From: Rickettsiales bacterium
GTDB taxonomy: Bacteria; Pseudomonadota; Alphaproteobacteria; Rickettsiales; JABIRX01
Assembly: GCA_038120515.1 (NCBI GenBank)
Contig: JAYOLW010000003.1
Span: forward strand, 25,605 to 83,713
Length of the DNA: 58,109 bases
Direction: 5' to 3'
Shown here: positions 38,225-48,277 of the stretch, piece after piece
How the letters are laid out: every line of letters begins with the position of its first letter
How positions within the stretch are numbered: position 1 is the first letter of the stretch
Notes under the pieces: generated by a model
Seen by the model: only the letters and a program-made list of their open reading frames with translations
Told to the model about the DNA's origin: nothing
Databases searched by the model: none
Made by a program: the position numbers and the translations under genes

Positions 38225-40501
38225 ATGTTGTTTATGTTAAAGAAATCTCTTTTATCCAAAACTATACTTTCGACTATTTTAAGCCTAGCAATTACACAAA
38301 ACAGCTTTTCAGCTGGTAACACTCATATTCAGCTTCCTGGTAAATTTGATGCCAAGACTAATCAATTTTGGTGGCCCGATCAACTTGATTTATCAAGCCT
38401 TAGGGATCATGACCCTAGGTCCAATCCATATAGTAACTACTATGATGAAAATTTTAAATATAGCGAAGCGTTTACAACACTAAATCTTGAAGAAGTTAAA
38501 GCAGATATTAATGAAGTTTTAACAACATCACAAGATTGGTGGCCAGCCGATTTTGGTAATTACGGACCATTTTTCATAAGACTTTCATGGCATAGTGCTG
38601 GAACCTATCGAACATTAGATGGTAGAGGTGGAGGTGATGGTGGTCAGATACGCTTTGAACCACTTAATAGCTGGCCGGATAATGGAAATCTAGATAAAGC
38701 AAAAAGACTATTATGGCCAGTAAAGCAAAAATATGGCCAAAATTTATCATGGTCGGATTTAATGATCTTAGCAGGAAATGTAGCTCTTGAAAATATGGGT
38801 TTTGAAACTTATGGTTTTGCAGGTGGTAGATCCGATGATTGGGAACCTGATCTGGTATATTGGGGTCCTGAAGTTGCAATACTTGCAAGTGACAGAGATG
38901 GCGCTGATGGCAAATTACAAAAACCTTTAGGCGCTACTCATATGGGTTTAATTTATGTCAATCCTGAAGGTCCGAAAGGAGTTCCTGACCCGGTTGGATC
39001 AGCTAAAAATATTCGGATTACATTTGCTAGAATGGCAATGAATGATGAAGAGACAGTAGCACTTATTGCTGGTGGCCATACCTTTGGAAAAATGCATGGT
39101 GCACATAACCCTAAAGAGTGCGTTGGCGCTGAACCAGCAGCAGCCCCTACAGAGCAGCAAGGTTTTGGCTGGAAAAACAAATGCGGTAAAGGTAATGCCG
39201 AAGATACAGTTACAAGTGGCTTAGAAGGAGCATGGACACAAGCGCCTACTCAATGGTCAACATTATATCTTGAAAATCTTTTAAATAATGAATGGGAGCA
39301 AACAAGGAGTCCTGCTGGTGGTATTCAATGGATACCAAAAGACATATCACTACATAAATCGGTGCCAGATGCTCATATAGAAGGAAAATTCCATCCTCCT
39401 GTTATGACTACAGCTGATCTTGCTTTAAAAAATGATCCTAAATATCGTGAAATCGCGCAGCGTTTTCTCGATAACCCAGAACAATATCAAAGAGCTTTCG
39501 CTAAAGCCTGGTATAAATTAACTCATCGTGATATGGGGCCAAAAATTAGGTATTTAGGTGATGAAGTTCCTGATGAAGAGTTGATTTGGCAAGATCCAAT
39601 TAATAAACCTGAATATTCTTTAATCAATGCTTGGGATCAAGCAAGGCTTAAAAAGCAAATTTTAGATTCTGACCTTACAATTTCAGAACTTGTACAAACA
39701 GCATGGGCTTCAGCTTCAACATTTAGAGCATCTGATATGCGCGGTGGTGCAAATGGTGCAAGAATTGCCTTAGAGCCTCAAATAAATTGGACTGTGAATA
39801 ATCCCGAAAATTTAAATAAAGTTTTAAAGACTTTAACTAAAATTCGTGATGAATTTAATAATTCAGTTTTTAATTTTACTAAAGTTTCGCTTGCAGATCT
39901 TATAGTCCTTGCTGGTGCAGCAGCTATTGAAGCAGCCTCATATAATGCTGGATATGAAATTACTGTACCTTTCGAGCCAGGGCGTGGTGATGCAACACAA
40001 GCTCAAACTGACATAGCATCATTTGATTTGTTAGAACCAAAGGCAGATGCATTTAGAAATTACTATAACAAATCAACTTCTTATCAGACTCCAATTGAGA
40101 TGCTTGTAGACAAAGCTGACCAACTAAACTTAACCATTCCTGAAATGACAGTTTTAATTGGAGGAATGAGAGTTTTAAATACAAATTATGATGGAAGCCA
40201 AAATGGAGTTTTTACAGTTAATCCAGATGCACTAACTAATGATTTTTTTGTAAATCTTTTAGATATGTCTTATAAATGGCAAAAATCAAATCAAGAAGGT
40301 ATTTATGAAGCAATCGATCGCAATACTGGAGAAGTAATTTTTACTGGAACCTCAGTTGATTTAATATTTGGATCCAATTCAGAACTAAGAGCAATTTCCG
40401 AAGTATATGCTTACTATGATTCCCGTGAGAAATTTATTAAGGATTTTGTAAATGCTTGGGTAAAAGTAATGCAATTAGATAGATTTGATCTTCATGATTA
40501 A
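38225..40501 (+). CDS. katG: Catalase-peroxidase KatG with N-terminal signal peptide
   Basis: The protein is 758 aa. It has the distal motif [11 protein letters not shown], the proximal motif [11 protein letters not shown], and a duplicated peroxidase domain. The N-terminus [30 protein letters not shown] looks like a Sec signal peptide. Confidence 0.95.
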   Translation: MLFMLKKSLLSKTILSTILSLAITQNSFSAGNTHIQLPGKFDAKTNQFWWPDQLDLSSLRDHDPRSNPYSNYYDENFKYSEAFTTLNLEEVKADINEVLTTSQDWWPADFGNYGPFFIRLSWHSAGTYRTLDGRGGGDGGQIRFEPLNSWPDNGNLDKAKRLLWPVKQKYGQNLSWSDLMILAGNVALENMGFETYGFAGGRSDDWEPDLVYWGPEVAILASDRDGADGKLQKPLGATHMGLIYVNPEGPKGVPDPVGSAKNIRITFARMAMNDEETVALIAGGHTFGKMHGAHNPKECVGAEPAAAPTEQQGFGWKNKCGKGNAEDTVTSGLEGAWTQAPTQWSTLYLENLLNNEWEQTRSPAGGIQWIPKDISLHKSVPDAHIEGKFHPPVMTTADLALKNDPKYREIAQRFLDNPEQYQRAFAKAWYKLTHRDMGPKIRYLGDEVPDEELIWQDPINKPEYSLINAWDQARLKKQILDSDLTISELVQTAWASASTFRASDMRGGANGARIALEPQINWTVNNPENLNKVLKTLTKIRDEFNNSVFNFTKVSLADLIVLAGAAAIEAASYNAGYEITVPFEPGRGDATQAQTDIASFDLLEPKADAFRNYYNKSTSYQTPIEMLVDKADQLNLTIPEMTVLIGGMRVLNTNYDGSQNGVFTVNPDALTNDFFVNLLDMSYKWQKSNQEGIYEAIDRNTGEVIFTGTSVDLIFGSNSELRAISEVYAYYDSREKFIKDFVNAWVKVMQLDRFDLHD

Positions 40502-40532
40502 AATTACCTGCTAATTGCAAAAATTATTTTAA

Positions 40533-40556
40533 GGGCAGAAATTCTGCCCTTTTTTT
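40533..40556 (+). terminator. Rho-independent terminator of katG
   Basis: The stem is gggcag/ctgccc with loop aaatt, followed by a 7-T run (40550-40556). Confidence 0.8.
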
Positions 40557-40561
40557 ATATT

Positions 40562-41467
40562 TTAATTATTAATAAAACTGTAAGATAATATTTTATAAGC
40601 AAGTTTAGCAGCCAAAAAATCACAAGAATGCATTCCTTTTCTTGGTGATAATTCATTAATATCGGCACCAACAATATTAGAATTTTTCGAAACTCTTCTA
40701 ATGATATCAATTACATCATCCCAAAACAGGCCTCCAGGCTCAGGAGTTCCTGTAGCTGGCATAAGGCTGGAATCAAAACCATCAACATCAAATGTTAAAT
40801 ATACAGGTCTATCTTTTAAAATTGAAACAATCTTTTCAATATCCCAATTCTTTTTATCTTTAGCAAAAAAGATATTAATTCTATCTTGATTTCTTTCAAG
40901 GAAAGGAATTTCTTCACTCGAGATATTTCTTATACCTATTGAAACTAAATCTACTTTATTTTCGATTTCTTGGGCTTTATCATCTAAACAACGTCTTAAA
41001 GCTGAGGCATGACTATAATATTCTCCTTCATAACCATCTCTTAAATCTGCATGAGCATCAAAATGCAAAATTGCTAAATCTTTATATTTTTTAACAAATG
41101 GCCTAATTGATCCTGCCGAAATTGAATGCTCGCCACCAAGTACAAACGGAAATTTATTATCATTAACAACCTGTTCCACAATATCATTTAACTGATCTAA
41201 TGACTTAGCCAAATTTTTATGAATTTTTGGTTCTTTAATAGTTACAATACCAATTTGTTTATATGGCTCTACCCAAAATTCTTCATCAAATAATTCAACT
41301 TCATGACTAGCTTTTATGATAGCTTTTGGACCATTTTTCGTACCACCAAAATAACTAACAGATTTCTCCAAACCAAAGGGAATTATCACAGCTTTTGCTT
41401 CTTGATAACCAACTGAATCAGAAGTTTCTAAGCCTAAAAAAGCTTTACTTGGTTTTACTAATTTCAT
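40562..41467 (-). CDS. speB: Agmatinase (ureohydrolase family)
   Basis: The Mn-binding motifs GGEHS, HFDAHADL and TFDVDGFD are present. The protein is 301 aa. Confidence 0.85.
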   Translation of the reverse strand: MKLVKPSKAFLGLETSDSVGYQEAKAVIIPFGLEKSVSYFGGTKNGPKAIIKASHEVELFDEEFWVEPYKQIGIVTIKEPKIHKNLAKSLDQLNDIVEQVVNDNKFPFVLGGEHSISAGSIRPFVKKYKDLAILHFDAHADLRDGYEGEYYSHASALRRCLDDKAQEIENKVDLVSIGIRNISSEEIPFLERNQDRINIFFAKDKKNWDIEKIVSILKDRPVYLTFDVDGFDSSLMPATGTPEPGGLFWDDVIDIIRRVSKNSNIVGADINELSPRKGMHSCDFLAAKLAYKILSYSFINN

Positions 41468-42492
41468 TTTGCAAAAATATTAGAAAAGTTTCTTGGATTC
41501 CTTACCTTCCACAAACCCTTATGGTAAGCATCACTTATAATTAAAGGAACAACAGTAGTAGCTTCTGCATAAAGCATTTGCTCATAAACAGTATCGACTT
41601 TACCCCATGAACAGGCTTCTTTTAATGTTGAACTTGAACAAGCACCATCGCGACTGTCTGCAACTGTTATTTGAACAGCATATTTATGCATATCAACTTC
41701 TTTACCAAGAATCTCAGCACAAATCACTGTATCTTGAACAAAATTCTTTGGCACACCACCACCAATCATAAATAAGCCAGTAGTACCAGCTTTAATCTTA
41801 ACATCAGTAAGCTCACGGAAATCAGCTATTGAATCAATAGTCATATGATTATTAGGATTAACGGCTTGATGTTTTACAAGACCAAACCCTGCTGATGAAT
41901 CGGTAAAAGCTGGGCAGAAAATAGGAACATTATGTTCATAAGCTAATTGAACTAATGAATCTTGTTTTTTGGCATTGCCATTTTTTAGCCATTTACCCAT
42001 TTCAGCTATAAATTCACGTGAACTATAAGGCCTAGCTTCCAAAGAGTTAGCAATGTCTAAAATTGCATGATCACATTTTTGCAAATCTTCTTCATCGATA
42101 TATGTGTCATATATTCTATCAATGTAATGATCTCTTAACTCCTTATCATCAGCAAATTGACTACCTTGATAATGTTTAAAACCTAAGGCTTCGAAGAAAT
42201 CCATATCAACGATCGAGGCACCAGTTGCAACAATACAATCAACCATTTTATACCTTATCATATCCGCATAAACCTTCATGCAACCAGCAGCAGAAGTTGA
42301 CCCAGCAAGAGTTAAAACTATTGAACATTCTTTATCTGCTAACATTTTATTAAAAATCTCTGATGATTTTGCAAGATCTCTTGATGAAAAAGACATTTTC
42401 TCCATAGCGGCTATAATTGGCCTAGAGTCAAAAGCTGTTATATCAATATGTTCAACAATATTTTTTAAGAAATCTTTTTTATTATTCATCAT
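41464..42492 (-). CDS. Deoxyhypusine-synthase-like protein (bacterial homospermidine-synthase-type candidate)
   Basis: The protein is 342 aa. Segments typical of the DHS family are present: LTLAGSTSAAG, VATGASIVDMDFFEALG and GGGVPKNF. It overlaps speB by 4 nt. Confidence 0.75.
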   Translation of the reverse strand: MMNNKKDFLKNIVEHIDITAFDSRPIIAAMEKMSFSSRDLAKSSEIFNKMLADKECSIVLTLAGSTSAAGCMKVYADMIRYKMVDCIVATGASIVDMDFFEALGFKHYQGSQFADDKELRDHYIDRIYDTYIDEEDLQKCDHAILDIANSLEARPYSSREFIAEMGKWLKNGNAKKQDSLVQLAYEHNVPIFCPAFTDSSAGFGLVKHQAVNPNNHMTIDSIADFRELTDVKIKAGTTGLFMIGGGVPKNFVQDTVICAEILGKEVDMHKYAVQITVADSRDGACSSSTLKEACSWGKVDTVYEQMLYAEATTVVPLIISDAYHKGLWKVRNPRNFSNIFAK

Positions 42493-42514
42493 TCATCTTC
42501 ATGTAAATTAATTA

Positions 42515-43705
42515 TTAAGCAGCTACAATTTCAACTTTGCCATTAACAGAATGATTCTCAACATACATTGTCATTAAAGGCTCGTCACTAATATTTATAA
42601 TATTTTCTTCACTGTAAAAACCATTAAACCCTGTAGCCATAGCTTTGGCATAAGCTCCTACTTGACCTATTTCAATATAATCACCTTCTTTTATCTCATT
42701 TGGTAAATAGAAAGGACCTTTCATATAATCAAGTGAATCACAAGTCGGACCATAAAAACTAAACGGGGTTAAATCGGTAGAATTAATTTTGTGATCATTA
42801 ATTAACTTTGATGGGAACACAAAACCTAAAACACCAGCATCGAATAAACTTCCATAAGTTCCGTCATTAATATACAAATAATCATCTTTTCGAAGCTCTA
42901 CTTTTACAATCAATGACATAGATTCTGCAACAATCGCCCTCCCAGGCTCTGCAAGCAAATGCATCTTGTCCGAATTAGGAATCGATTTAAATTCTTTATT
43001 TATAAGTTTAAAATAATTTTTAAGGCTTGGCGGCATAAAACCTGGATATATTGATGGAAAACCACCACCAACATTAAAATATTTTGGCAATACATCTGAT
43101 TTAGCAATAACATCTTTAACGGTTCTGATAGCGATTAAATAAGAATCAGGATGCATTGATTGTGAACCAACATGAAAACAAACTCCACAAGACTTGGCAT
43201 ATTTAGCAGTTTTCTTAATTAACTCTGGGGCTTGTTGAAGATTCACACCAAATTTATCAGATAATGATATTTCTGCAAAGCTATTTGGAATAGCAATCCT
43301 TACATGCAGATTAAGATCTTTTGCATTATTTGTTTCTGATAAAATTTTATCAAGTTCATGCTCATGATCAAGAGAGAAGTGTCTAACTCCATAATCAAAA
43401 TAAGCTGTTTTAATAGCTATTCTTGATTTAACTGGATTCATAAAAAAAATCTCAGCATCATCAAATAAATCATAAATCAACTTAACCTCTCCTAATGACG
43501 CAACATCAAAACCTTTAATACCATTTTGATATATTTGTTTTAAAATAAGTGGATCAGAGTTTGTTTTAACTGCATAAATTGATTGACCAGGAAAATGTTC
43601 CCTAAAATAATTTACAGATTTTTTTAATGCATTAGGTCTAAATACAAATTGAGATTTATTCAAACCTTTTGCAACTAATGAAGATATCGAAACCAAATTA
43701 TGCAT
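42515..43705 (-). CDS. Alanine-racemase-fold PLP-dependent basic amino acid decarboxylase (Orn/Lys/Arg)
   Basis: It has YAVKTN (PLP lysine), FHVGSQ, GGGFP, EPGR and the substrate-pocket CDSLD. The protein is 396 aa. Confidence 0.85.
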   Translation of the reverse strand: MHNLVSISSLVAKGLNKSQFVFRPNALKKSVNYFREHFPGQSIYAVKTNSDPLILKQIYQNGIKGFDVASLGEVKLIYDLFDDAEIFFMNPVKSRIAIKTAYFDYGVRHFSLDHEHELDKILSETNNAKDLNLHVRIAIPNSFAEISLSDKFGVNLQQAPELIKKTAKYAKSCGVCFHVGSQSMHPDSYLIAIRTVKDVIAKSDVLPKYFNVGGGFPSIYPGFMPPSLKNYFKLINKEFKSIPNSDKMHLLAEPGRAIVAESMSLIVKVELRKDDYLYINDGTYGSLFDAGVLGFVFPSKLINDHKINSTDLTPFSFYGPTCDSLDYMKGPFYLPNEIKEGDYIEIGQVGAYAKAMATGFNGFYSEENIINISDEPLMTMYVENHSVNGKVEIVAA

Positions 43706-43801
43706 AAAGCCACAAAATACATAAAAGGAGAGTTAAAAAAATTTAAGCTTCTAAAAAGCAAGCGCATATTTTAGAATTTAAGTTTTTATTTAACAATCGA
43801 T

Positions 43802-43821
43802 AATTTACATAAATGTAAATT
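43802..43821. promoter_or_regulatory. 9-2-9 perfect inverted repeat (aatttacat aa atgtaaatt)
   Basis: It lies in the 319-bp divergent region between the decarboxylase operon (start 43705) and the zur-like gene (start 44025). Confidence 0.3.
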
Positions 43822-44024
43822 TTATTGATTTAAATAATAAATTTTAGGTTTTAATGCATTAAATTAGCTATTTTTTCTAATTCCGAATCGTTTAATAATG
43901 CAAATTATATAAGTATTAATCAAACCTCAAATCTAATCTGCTTTATATTTTGTTCATTTATTTTGTAAGATAGTTTTAACATGCTAAGTTCTTAATGAGA
44001 TAAAATAATTATTAGTTTTAAATT

Positions 44025-44480
44025 ATGAACTTATATCATGATCATGAAAAATGCCAAAATGATGCATTTACTGTTGCTACAAAAATCTGCCAAGAGAAAA
44101 ACATTAGATTTACTAAATTAAGAAAAAAGGTTTTTAGCATTATCGCCAAAGATCATAAGCCTGCCAAAGCCTACGATATTCTTAGTCTTTTACAAAAAGA
44201 AGATAATTCAGCCAAACCTTCTACTGTTTATAGAACTTTAGATTTTCTACTTGAGTATAATCTAATTCATAAATTACATATCTCTAATAGCTATGTTTCA
44301 TGTACTCATCCATTAAAACACCAAAAATGCTATTTTCTAATTTGTAACAAATGTAATCAAGTCAGTGAATGTTGTAACGATCAAATTAGTAAAGAAATAG
44401 ATCGAATAGCTTCAAATAATAACTTCAAAATTAGTGAGAGCATAGTTGAAATTAAGGGAGTATGTAAAAAATGCAGCTAA
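44025..44480 (+). CDS. Fur-family metalloregulator, Zur-like
   Basis: The protein is 151 aa. It has a wHTH with PSTVYRTLDFL, an N-terminal HDHEKC, and two CxxC pairs (CNKC, CKKC). Confidence 0.75.
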   Translation: MNLYHDHEKCQNDAFTVATKICQEKNIRFTKLRKKVFSIIAKDHKPAKAYDILSLLQKEDNSAKPSTVYRTLDFLLEYNLIHKLHISNSYVSCTHPLKHQKCYFLICNKCNQVSECCNDQISKEIDRIASNNNFKISESIVEIKGVCKKCS

Positions 44481-44842
44481 TGAAATGCCGAACCAGATAC
44501 TGCAATAACTAGGCTCAAAGAATATAAAAATACTGAAGTTTTAATAAATACATCATTAGTAAGATCACTAAATTTACAAAATTTTAACTTCTTTTCCTCG
44601 CAACATTCATTCTTCTTAGGTAAAAGTTTAAATAAGACTGAAACTGCCAAAATGATACCAGAAAAAATCAAAATTTCAGTCTCTAAAGATTCAAATTCAA
44701 TTAGAATTGGCAAGTCAACAACAGAATTTGTGACAATTCCGACTGAGGCAAAAAGACTGACTAAAGAAAAAAATAACGGGATCCCGCAACAGAAAATATG
44801 CATTAAGCTGCAACCAAATACTAATGAATGAAGAACTACCAT
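44477..44842 (-). CDS. Cys-rich small membrane protein (metal-related?, MerC-like feel)
   Basis: The protein is 121 aa with 3-4 TM helices. It has HIFCCGIPL in TM1 and a cytoplasmic/loop NECCEEKKLKFC. Its 3' end overlaps the zur-like stop by 4 nt (convergent). A Zur-box-like palindrome sits upstream. Confidence 0.55.
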   Translation of the reverse strand: MVVLHSLVFGCSLMHIFCCGIPLFFSLVSLFASVGIVTNSVVDLPILIEFESLETEILIFSGIILAVSVLFKLLPKKNECCEEKKLKFCKFSDLTNDVFIKTSVFLYSLSLVIAVSGSAFH

Positions 44843-44852
44843 TATCTAAAAC

Positions 44853-44875
44853 AAAATGTTATAACGTAACATTTT
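44853..44875. promoter_or_regulatory. Zur-box-like palindrome
   Basis: The sequence aaaatgtta-taacg-taacatttt has perfect 9-bp arms. It resembles the proteobacterial Zur operator core AAATGTTAT...ATAACATTT. It lies 11-33 nt upstream of the ATG at 44840-44842. Confidence 0.6.
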
Positions 44876-44920
44876 TAGAGCAAATCCGCTATATTGTCAA
44901 GATAGAAGACTATTACAAGG

Positions 44921-46186
44921 CTATAAAGAATTAAGCCAATCACAAATTAATTTTGAACCATTTATTAGGTTTTGAAAGATATCTCTACTTTGGAAATTAT
45001 TGTTTTTAATATCATTTATAGCTTTTGTACCATCAAAATCAACAAAAGCGAGTCTTGCAGCAAAACAACTTTCATCAAGGCCAAACGCCGATCCTGGAAG
45101 CAAAGCAACCCCGGTGTCATTCATTAAAACATCACATAATTCTTTAATATTACGGATATTCTTTTTATTTATTTGTTCTTGATATTGCGCAAAGTCAATC
45201 AACAGGTAAAATCCCCCCTGAGCCTCATGAAATAAAATATCAGAATTTTCACGAAAAATTTTAGTGATGCTATTTAAGGCCATTCTTAAAATTTGTTTTT
45301 GTAAATCAATAAACTCTATAATGTCATTGGTTTTATTATAAGCCTTTATAGCCGCAAATTGAACAGGAGCAGCGACTGAAGAATATGTTTCAGAACCTAT
45401 TCCATTTAAAATATTAGTAAAATTTTTATCAAAATCACCATGATAATAACAAAAACCAAGACGCCAGCCCCCAGCCCCGCACCATTTTGATAACCCATTA
45501 GTCACAATTGTTTTTTCAGGGTAAAAACTTGCAATAGAATGATAATCTGATTCAAAACTAAGCAGTGAATATATCTCATCTGCAATCACTAAAATATTAT
45601 ATTCTCTGCATATTTCAGCAATATTTTCTAATTGTGACTTTGAATAAGTCAAACTATCAGGATTACCAGGACTTGTTAAAATTAATATTTTTTGTTTTTG
45701 TTTATCTATCAGAGTTTTAGTTAAAAAACTCTTAAGCTTTTCAGCGCTAAGACGCCATTTATTTTGGAAATCCGTATGAATATAATAACAATCTTTTTTT
45801 AGAAGTTTTGATTGCGGCATATAAGAAACCCAACTAGGAGCAGGTAAAATTAAAGCAACATCATTAAATGCAGCTAAAATATTATAAATAATCATTTTTG
45901 AACCTGGAGCTATATGAATATTTTCAGGCTTAATATTTATGTTATCTGTGGAATGAAAATTTGCTATATTAGTTCTTAACAATTCAAGACCTTGAACATT
46001 AAGGTAATCATGATGATAAGCATTTTTAGCTAATTCATTAATTAGAAAATTTGGTGGACTAAAAGGCGATTGGCCAAAACCAAATCGGTAAATTTTTTCA
46101 CCTGCTGCAATTTTAGCTTTTGACAATTCATTTATTGCAAGAGTATCAGAATGACCAACAGAATTATAATTGTTTATATTTAACAT
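44921..46186 (-). CDS. Class I/II PLP-dependent aminotransferase
   Basis: The protein is 421 aa. It has the PLP-lysine region NGLSKWCGAGGWRLGF and a TSPGNP segment. Confidence 0.8.
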   Translation of the reverse strand: MLNINNYNSVGHSDTLAINELSKAKIAAGEKIYRFGFGQSPFSPPNFLINELAKNAYHHDYLNVQGLELLRTNIANFHSTDNINIKPENIHIAPGSKMIIYNILAAFNDVALILPAPSWVSYMPQSKLLKKDCYYIHTDFQNKWRLSAEKLKSFLTKTLIDKQKQKILILTSPGNPDSLTYSKSQLENIAEICREYNILVIADEIYSLLSFESDYHSIASFYPEKTIVTNGLSKWCGAGGWRLGFCYYHGDFDKNFTNILNGIGSETYSSVAAPVQFAAIKAYNKTNDIIEFIDLQKQILRMALNSITKIFRENSDILFHEAQGGFYLLIDFAQYQEQINKKNIRNIKELCDVLMNDTGVALLPGSAFGLDESCFAARLAFVDFDGTKAINDIKNNNFQSRDIFQNLINGSKLICDWLNSL

Positions 46187-46249
46187 AAAAATTTATCTAA
46201 AACATAAAATTAATTTTATGTGAATTAATTTTTAATTGTCAAAATAACT

Positions 46250-46834
46250 CTATTTAATTGTTGTCATTCTTCTAAGCACATTATCTTTTCTTATAAAATG
46301 ATGATATAAAGCTGCAAATATATGCACTAAAATTAGGACCCAAACAAAATATTTACCGCCTTTTTTATGGATAAAATCCATAGGTGGTTCAAAACTTTGC
46401 CAATTAAGACCAAATGAATCAACTATTAATGTTTGATAAAGCCATGTGTCAGAAAATTTAGGAATATTAAATAAAGTAAAATACTCTGTATGAACACCAG
46501 TGCCAAAATACCCAGTAAGAGGCATAATTATCATAACAGCATATAAGGTATAATGCGCAAAATGTGCAGCATTATGCTCTAATTTTGAACCTGGTTCATC
46601 TTTTGGAGTTTTATTAAGACATTTCCAAACTATTCGCAAAACAACAAAAACAAATATTGTGATACCAAAAGAAAGATGAAGCTGAAGCGCGGTCCAATTT
46701 TCTGGAGTTCTGTATTCAGTAAACCAATGTCGATAATAAACTGACATATATGAAGCTAAAAAGCCAAGTGCCACAATCCAATGTAACAAAATTGCGATTA
46801 ATCCATATCTATCTTCAGTATTTTTATATTGCAT
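46250..46834 (-). CDS. Cytochrome b561-family membrane protein
   Basis: The protein is 194 aa with four TM helices. Conserved His residues are present (LLHWIV..., ...HLSFG..., ...HFAHY..., ...HIFAALYHH). Confidence 0.8.
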   Translation of the reverse strand: MQYKNTEDRYGLIAILLHWIVALGFLASYMSVYYRHWFTEYRTPENWTALQLHLSFGITIFVFVVLRIVWKCLNKTPKDEPGSKLEHNAAHFAHYTLYAVMIIMPLTGYFGTGVHTEYFTLFNIPKFSDTWLYQTLIVDSFGLNWQSFEPPMDFIHKKGGKYFVWVLILVHIFAALYHHFIRKDNVLRRMTTIK

Positions 46835-46844
46835 AAAACCAATC

Positions 46845-47846
46845 CTAATCTTTATTTAACACAATTCGGTATCTAGCCTCACCTGATTCTAAATGAGCAA
46901 ATGCCTGGTTAATTTCGGACATTTTAAAATGTTCAATAACAGGTTTGATGTTATGCCTTGCAGCAAAATCGAGCATTTTAGTGATAGTTGCAGGAGAACC
47001 AACCGGAGAACCAGATAAACTTATTTGCCCGGCAATTAATGGAAAAACTCCTGTTGCTATTGGCTCAGATACTACGCCAACAAAATGAAGTCTAGCTTTA
47101 GGTGCTAAAGTTGAAATTATCGCCTGCCAATTTAATGATGCATTAACAGTTGAAATCACAAAATCAAATTTACCAATATTCTGTTCATAAGATTTATCTT
47201 TACGTGAATTAAAAACATAATGCGCACCAAGATCTTTAGCTTCTGCAAATTTATTTTCACTAGTAAATGCCGTTACTTCACAGCCCCAAGCTTTGTAAAA
47301 CTGAAGGGCTAAATGACCAAGACCACCAATACCTATAACAGCAACTCTATCAGTTGGCTTTACTCCAAATTGTAGCAAAGGATTAAAGACTGTAACTCCA
47401 CCACATAATAACGGGCCCGCATCTTTTAAATCCAATTGTTCTGGTAATTTTACAACAGTTATATCTTGCGCAATAACTTTCTCTGAAAAGCCTCCATAAT
47501 TGCCAATTATTGTAGCACTTTGATCTTTACATAAATTATGATCACCTGAAAGACATTGATTACAATGTTTGCAATAGCCATTATGCCAGCCGAGACCAAC
47601 TCTATCACCAACTTTATGATTTGTTACATTTGCGCCAATATTTGCAACAACACCGGTGATTTCATGACCACCAACAAAAGGAAATACTGAAATACCCCAT
47701 TCATTTTTCCACATTGATAAATCACTATGACAAATGCCACAAGAATGAACATCTATTTCAACATCAGAAGGACCTAATTTTTCAAGATTATAATTAATTT
47801 CTGTAAAACTCTCACCGACATTATTTGCAATATATGCTTTAACCAT
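46845..47846 (-). CDS. Zinc-dependent alcohol dehydrogenase (cinnamyl-alcohol/YahK-like, probably NADP)
   Basis: It has the catalytic Zn ligands (CGICHSD, GHEITGVV), the structural Zn motif CKHCNQCLSGDHNLC, and the cofactor motif GIGGLGH. I prefer the ATG at 47844-47846. Confidence 0.85.
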   Translation of the reverse strand: MVKAYIANNVGESFTEINYNLEKLGPSDVEIDVHSCGICHSDLSMWKNEWGISVFPFVGGHEITGVVANIGANVTNHKVGDRVGLGWHNGYCKHCNQCLSGDHNLCKDQSATIIGNYGGFSEKVIAQDITVVKLPEQLDLKDAGPLLCGGVTVFNPLLQFGVKPTDRVAVIGIGGLGHLALQFYKAWGCEVTAFTSENKFAEAKDLGAHYVFNSRKDKSYEQNIGKFDFVISTVNASLNWQAIISTLAPKARLHFVGVVSEPIATGVFPLIAGQISLSGSPVGSPATITKMLDFAARHNIKPVIEHFKMSEINQAFAHLESGEARYRIVLNKD

Positions 47847-47966
47847 AACCAAATTTAAAAAATAACATTTATTCAACTCAAATATGAAATTTTCAAGTAA
47901 TTTATATTTTTATCGACTTTAAATTAAGTATTGATAAGAAAAAATTATAACTTTTTTAATTATCTT

Positions 47967-48266
47967 ATGAAGTATTCGATCATTATACTCTCAGGATTAT
48001 TGTTTTCTTCATGCATGCAATCATCTGCAGGAGTTGCTTTTGTAAACAACTCAACCGAGGCAGTAGCTGCTTACAATGGAGTTAAAATATCCAAAACTGG
48101 AACTTCTTGTTCAGAAACTTATCTTGGAATTGCAGCCATTGGTAGTAACTCTATTGAAGAGGCAAAAGAAAATGGCAATATTACCAATGTTGCTACAGTT
48201 GATACCAAATTTAAAAATATTTTTGGTATTTATCAACATGCATGTACAGTCGTTAAAGGTAACTAA
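47967..48266 (+). CDS. TRL-like family lipoprotein (paralog 1)
   Basis: It has a lipobox, LLFSS|C. Conserved features are G..SC......G.....G..SIEEAKENGNITNVATVD and a C-terminal CTVVKGN. The ORF-track start at 47931 is a TTG. Confidence 0.6.
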   Translation: MKYSIIILSGLLFSSCMQSSAGVAFVNNSTEAVAAYNGVKISKTGTSCSETYLGIAAIGSNSIEEAKENGNITNVATVDTKFKNIFGIYQHACTVVKGN

Positions 48267-48277
48267 TAGGTAACATT

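Noticed and set aside
38664-39180. Antisense ORFs 38664..38888 and 38953..39180 inside katG.
   Set aside because: The higher G+C content of katG lengthens random antisense frames. The katG frame is unambiguous.
48076-48273. A 65-aa ORF overlapping TRL paralog 1 in another frame.
   Set aside because: It is on the same strand and out of frame. The TRL frame has a lipobox and paralog support.
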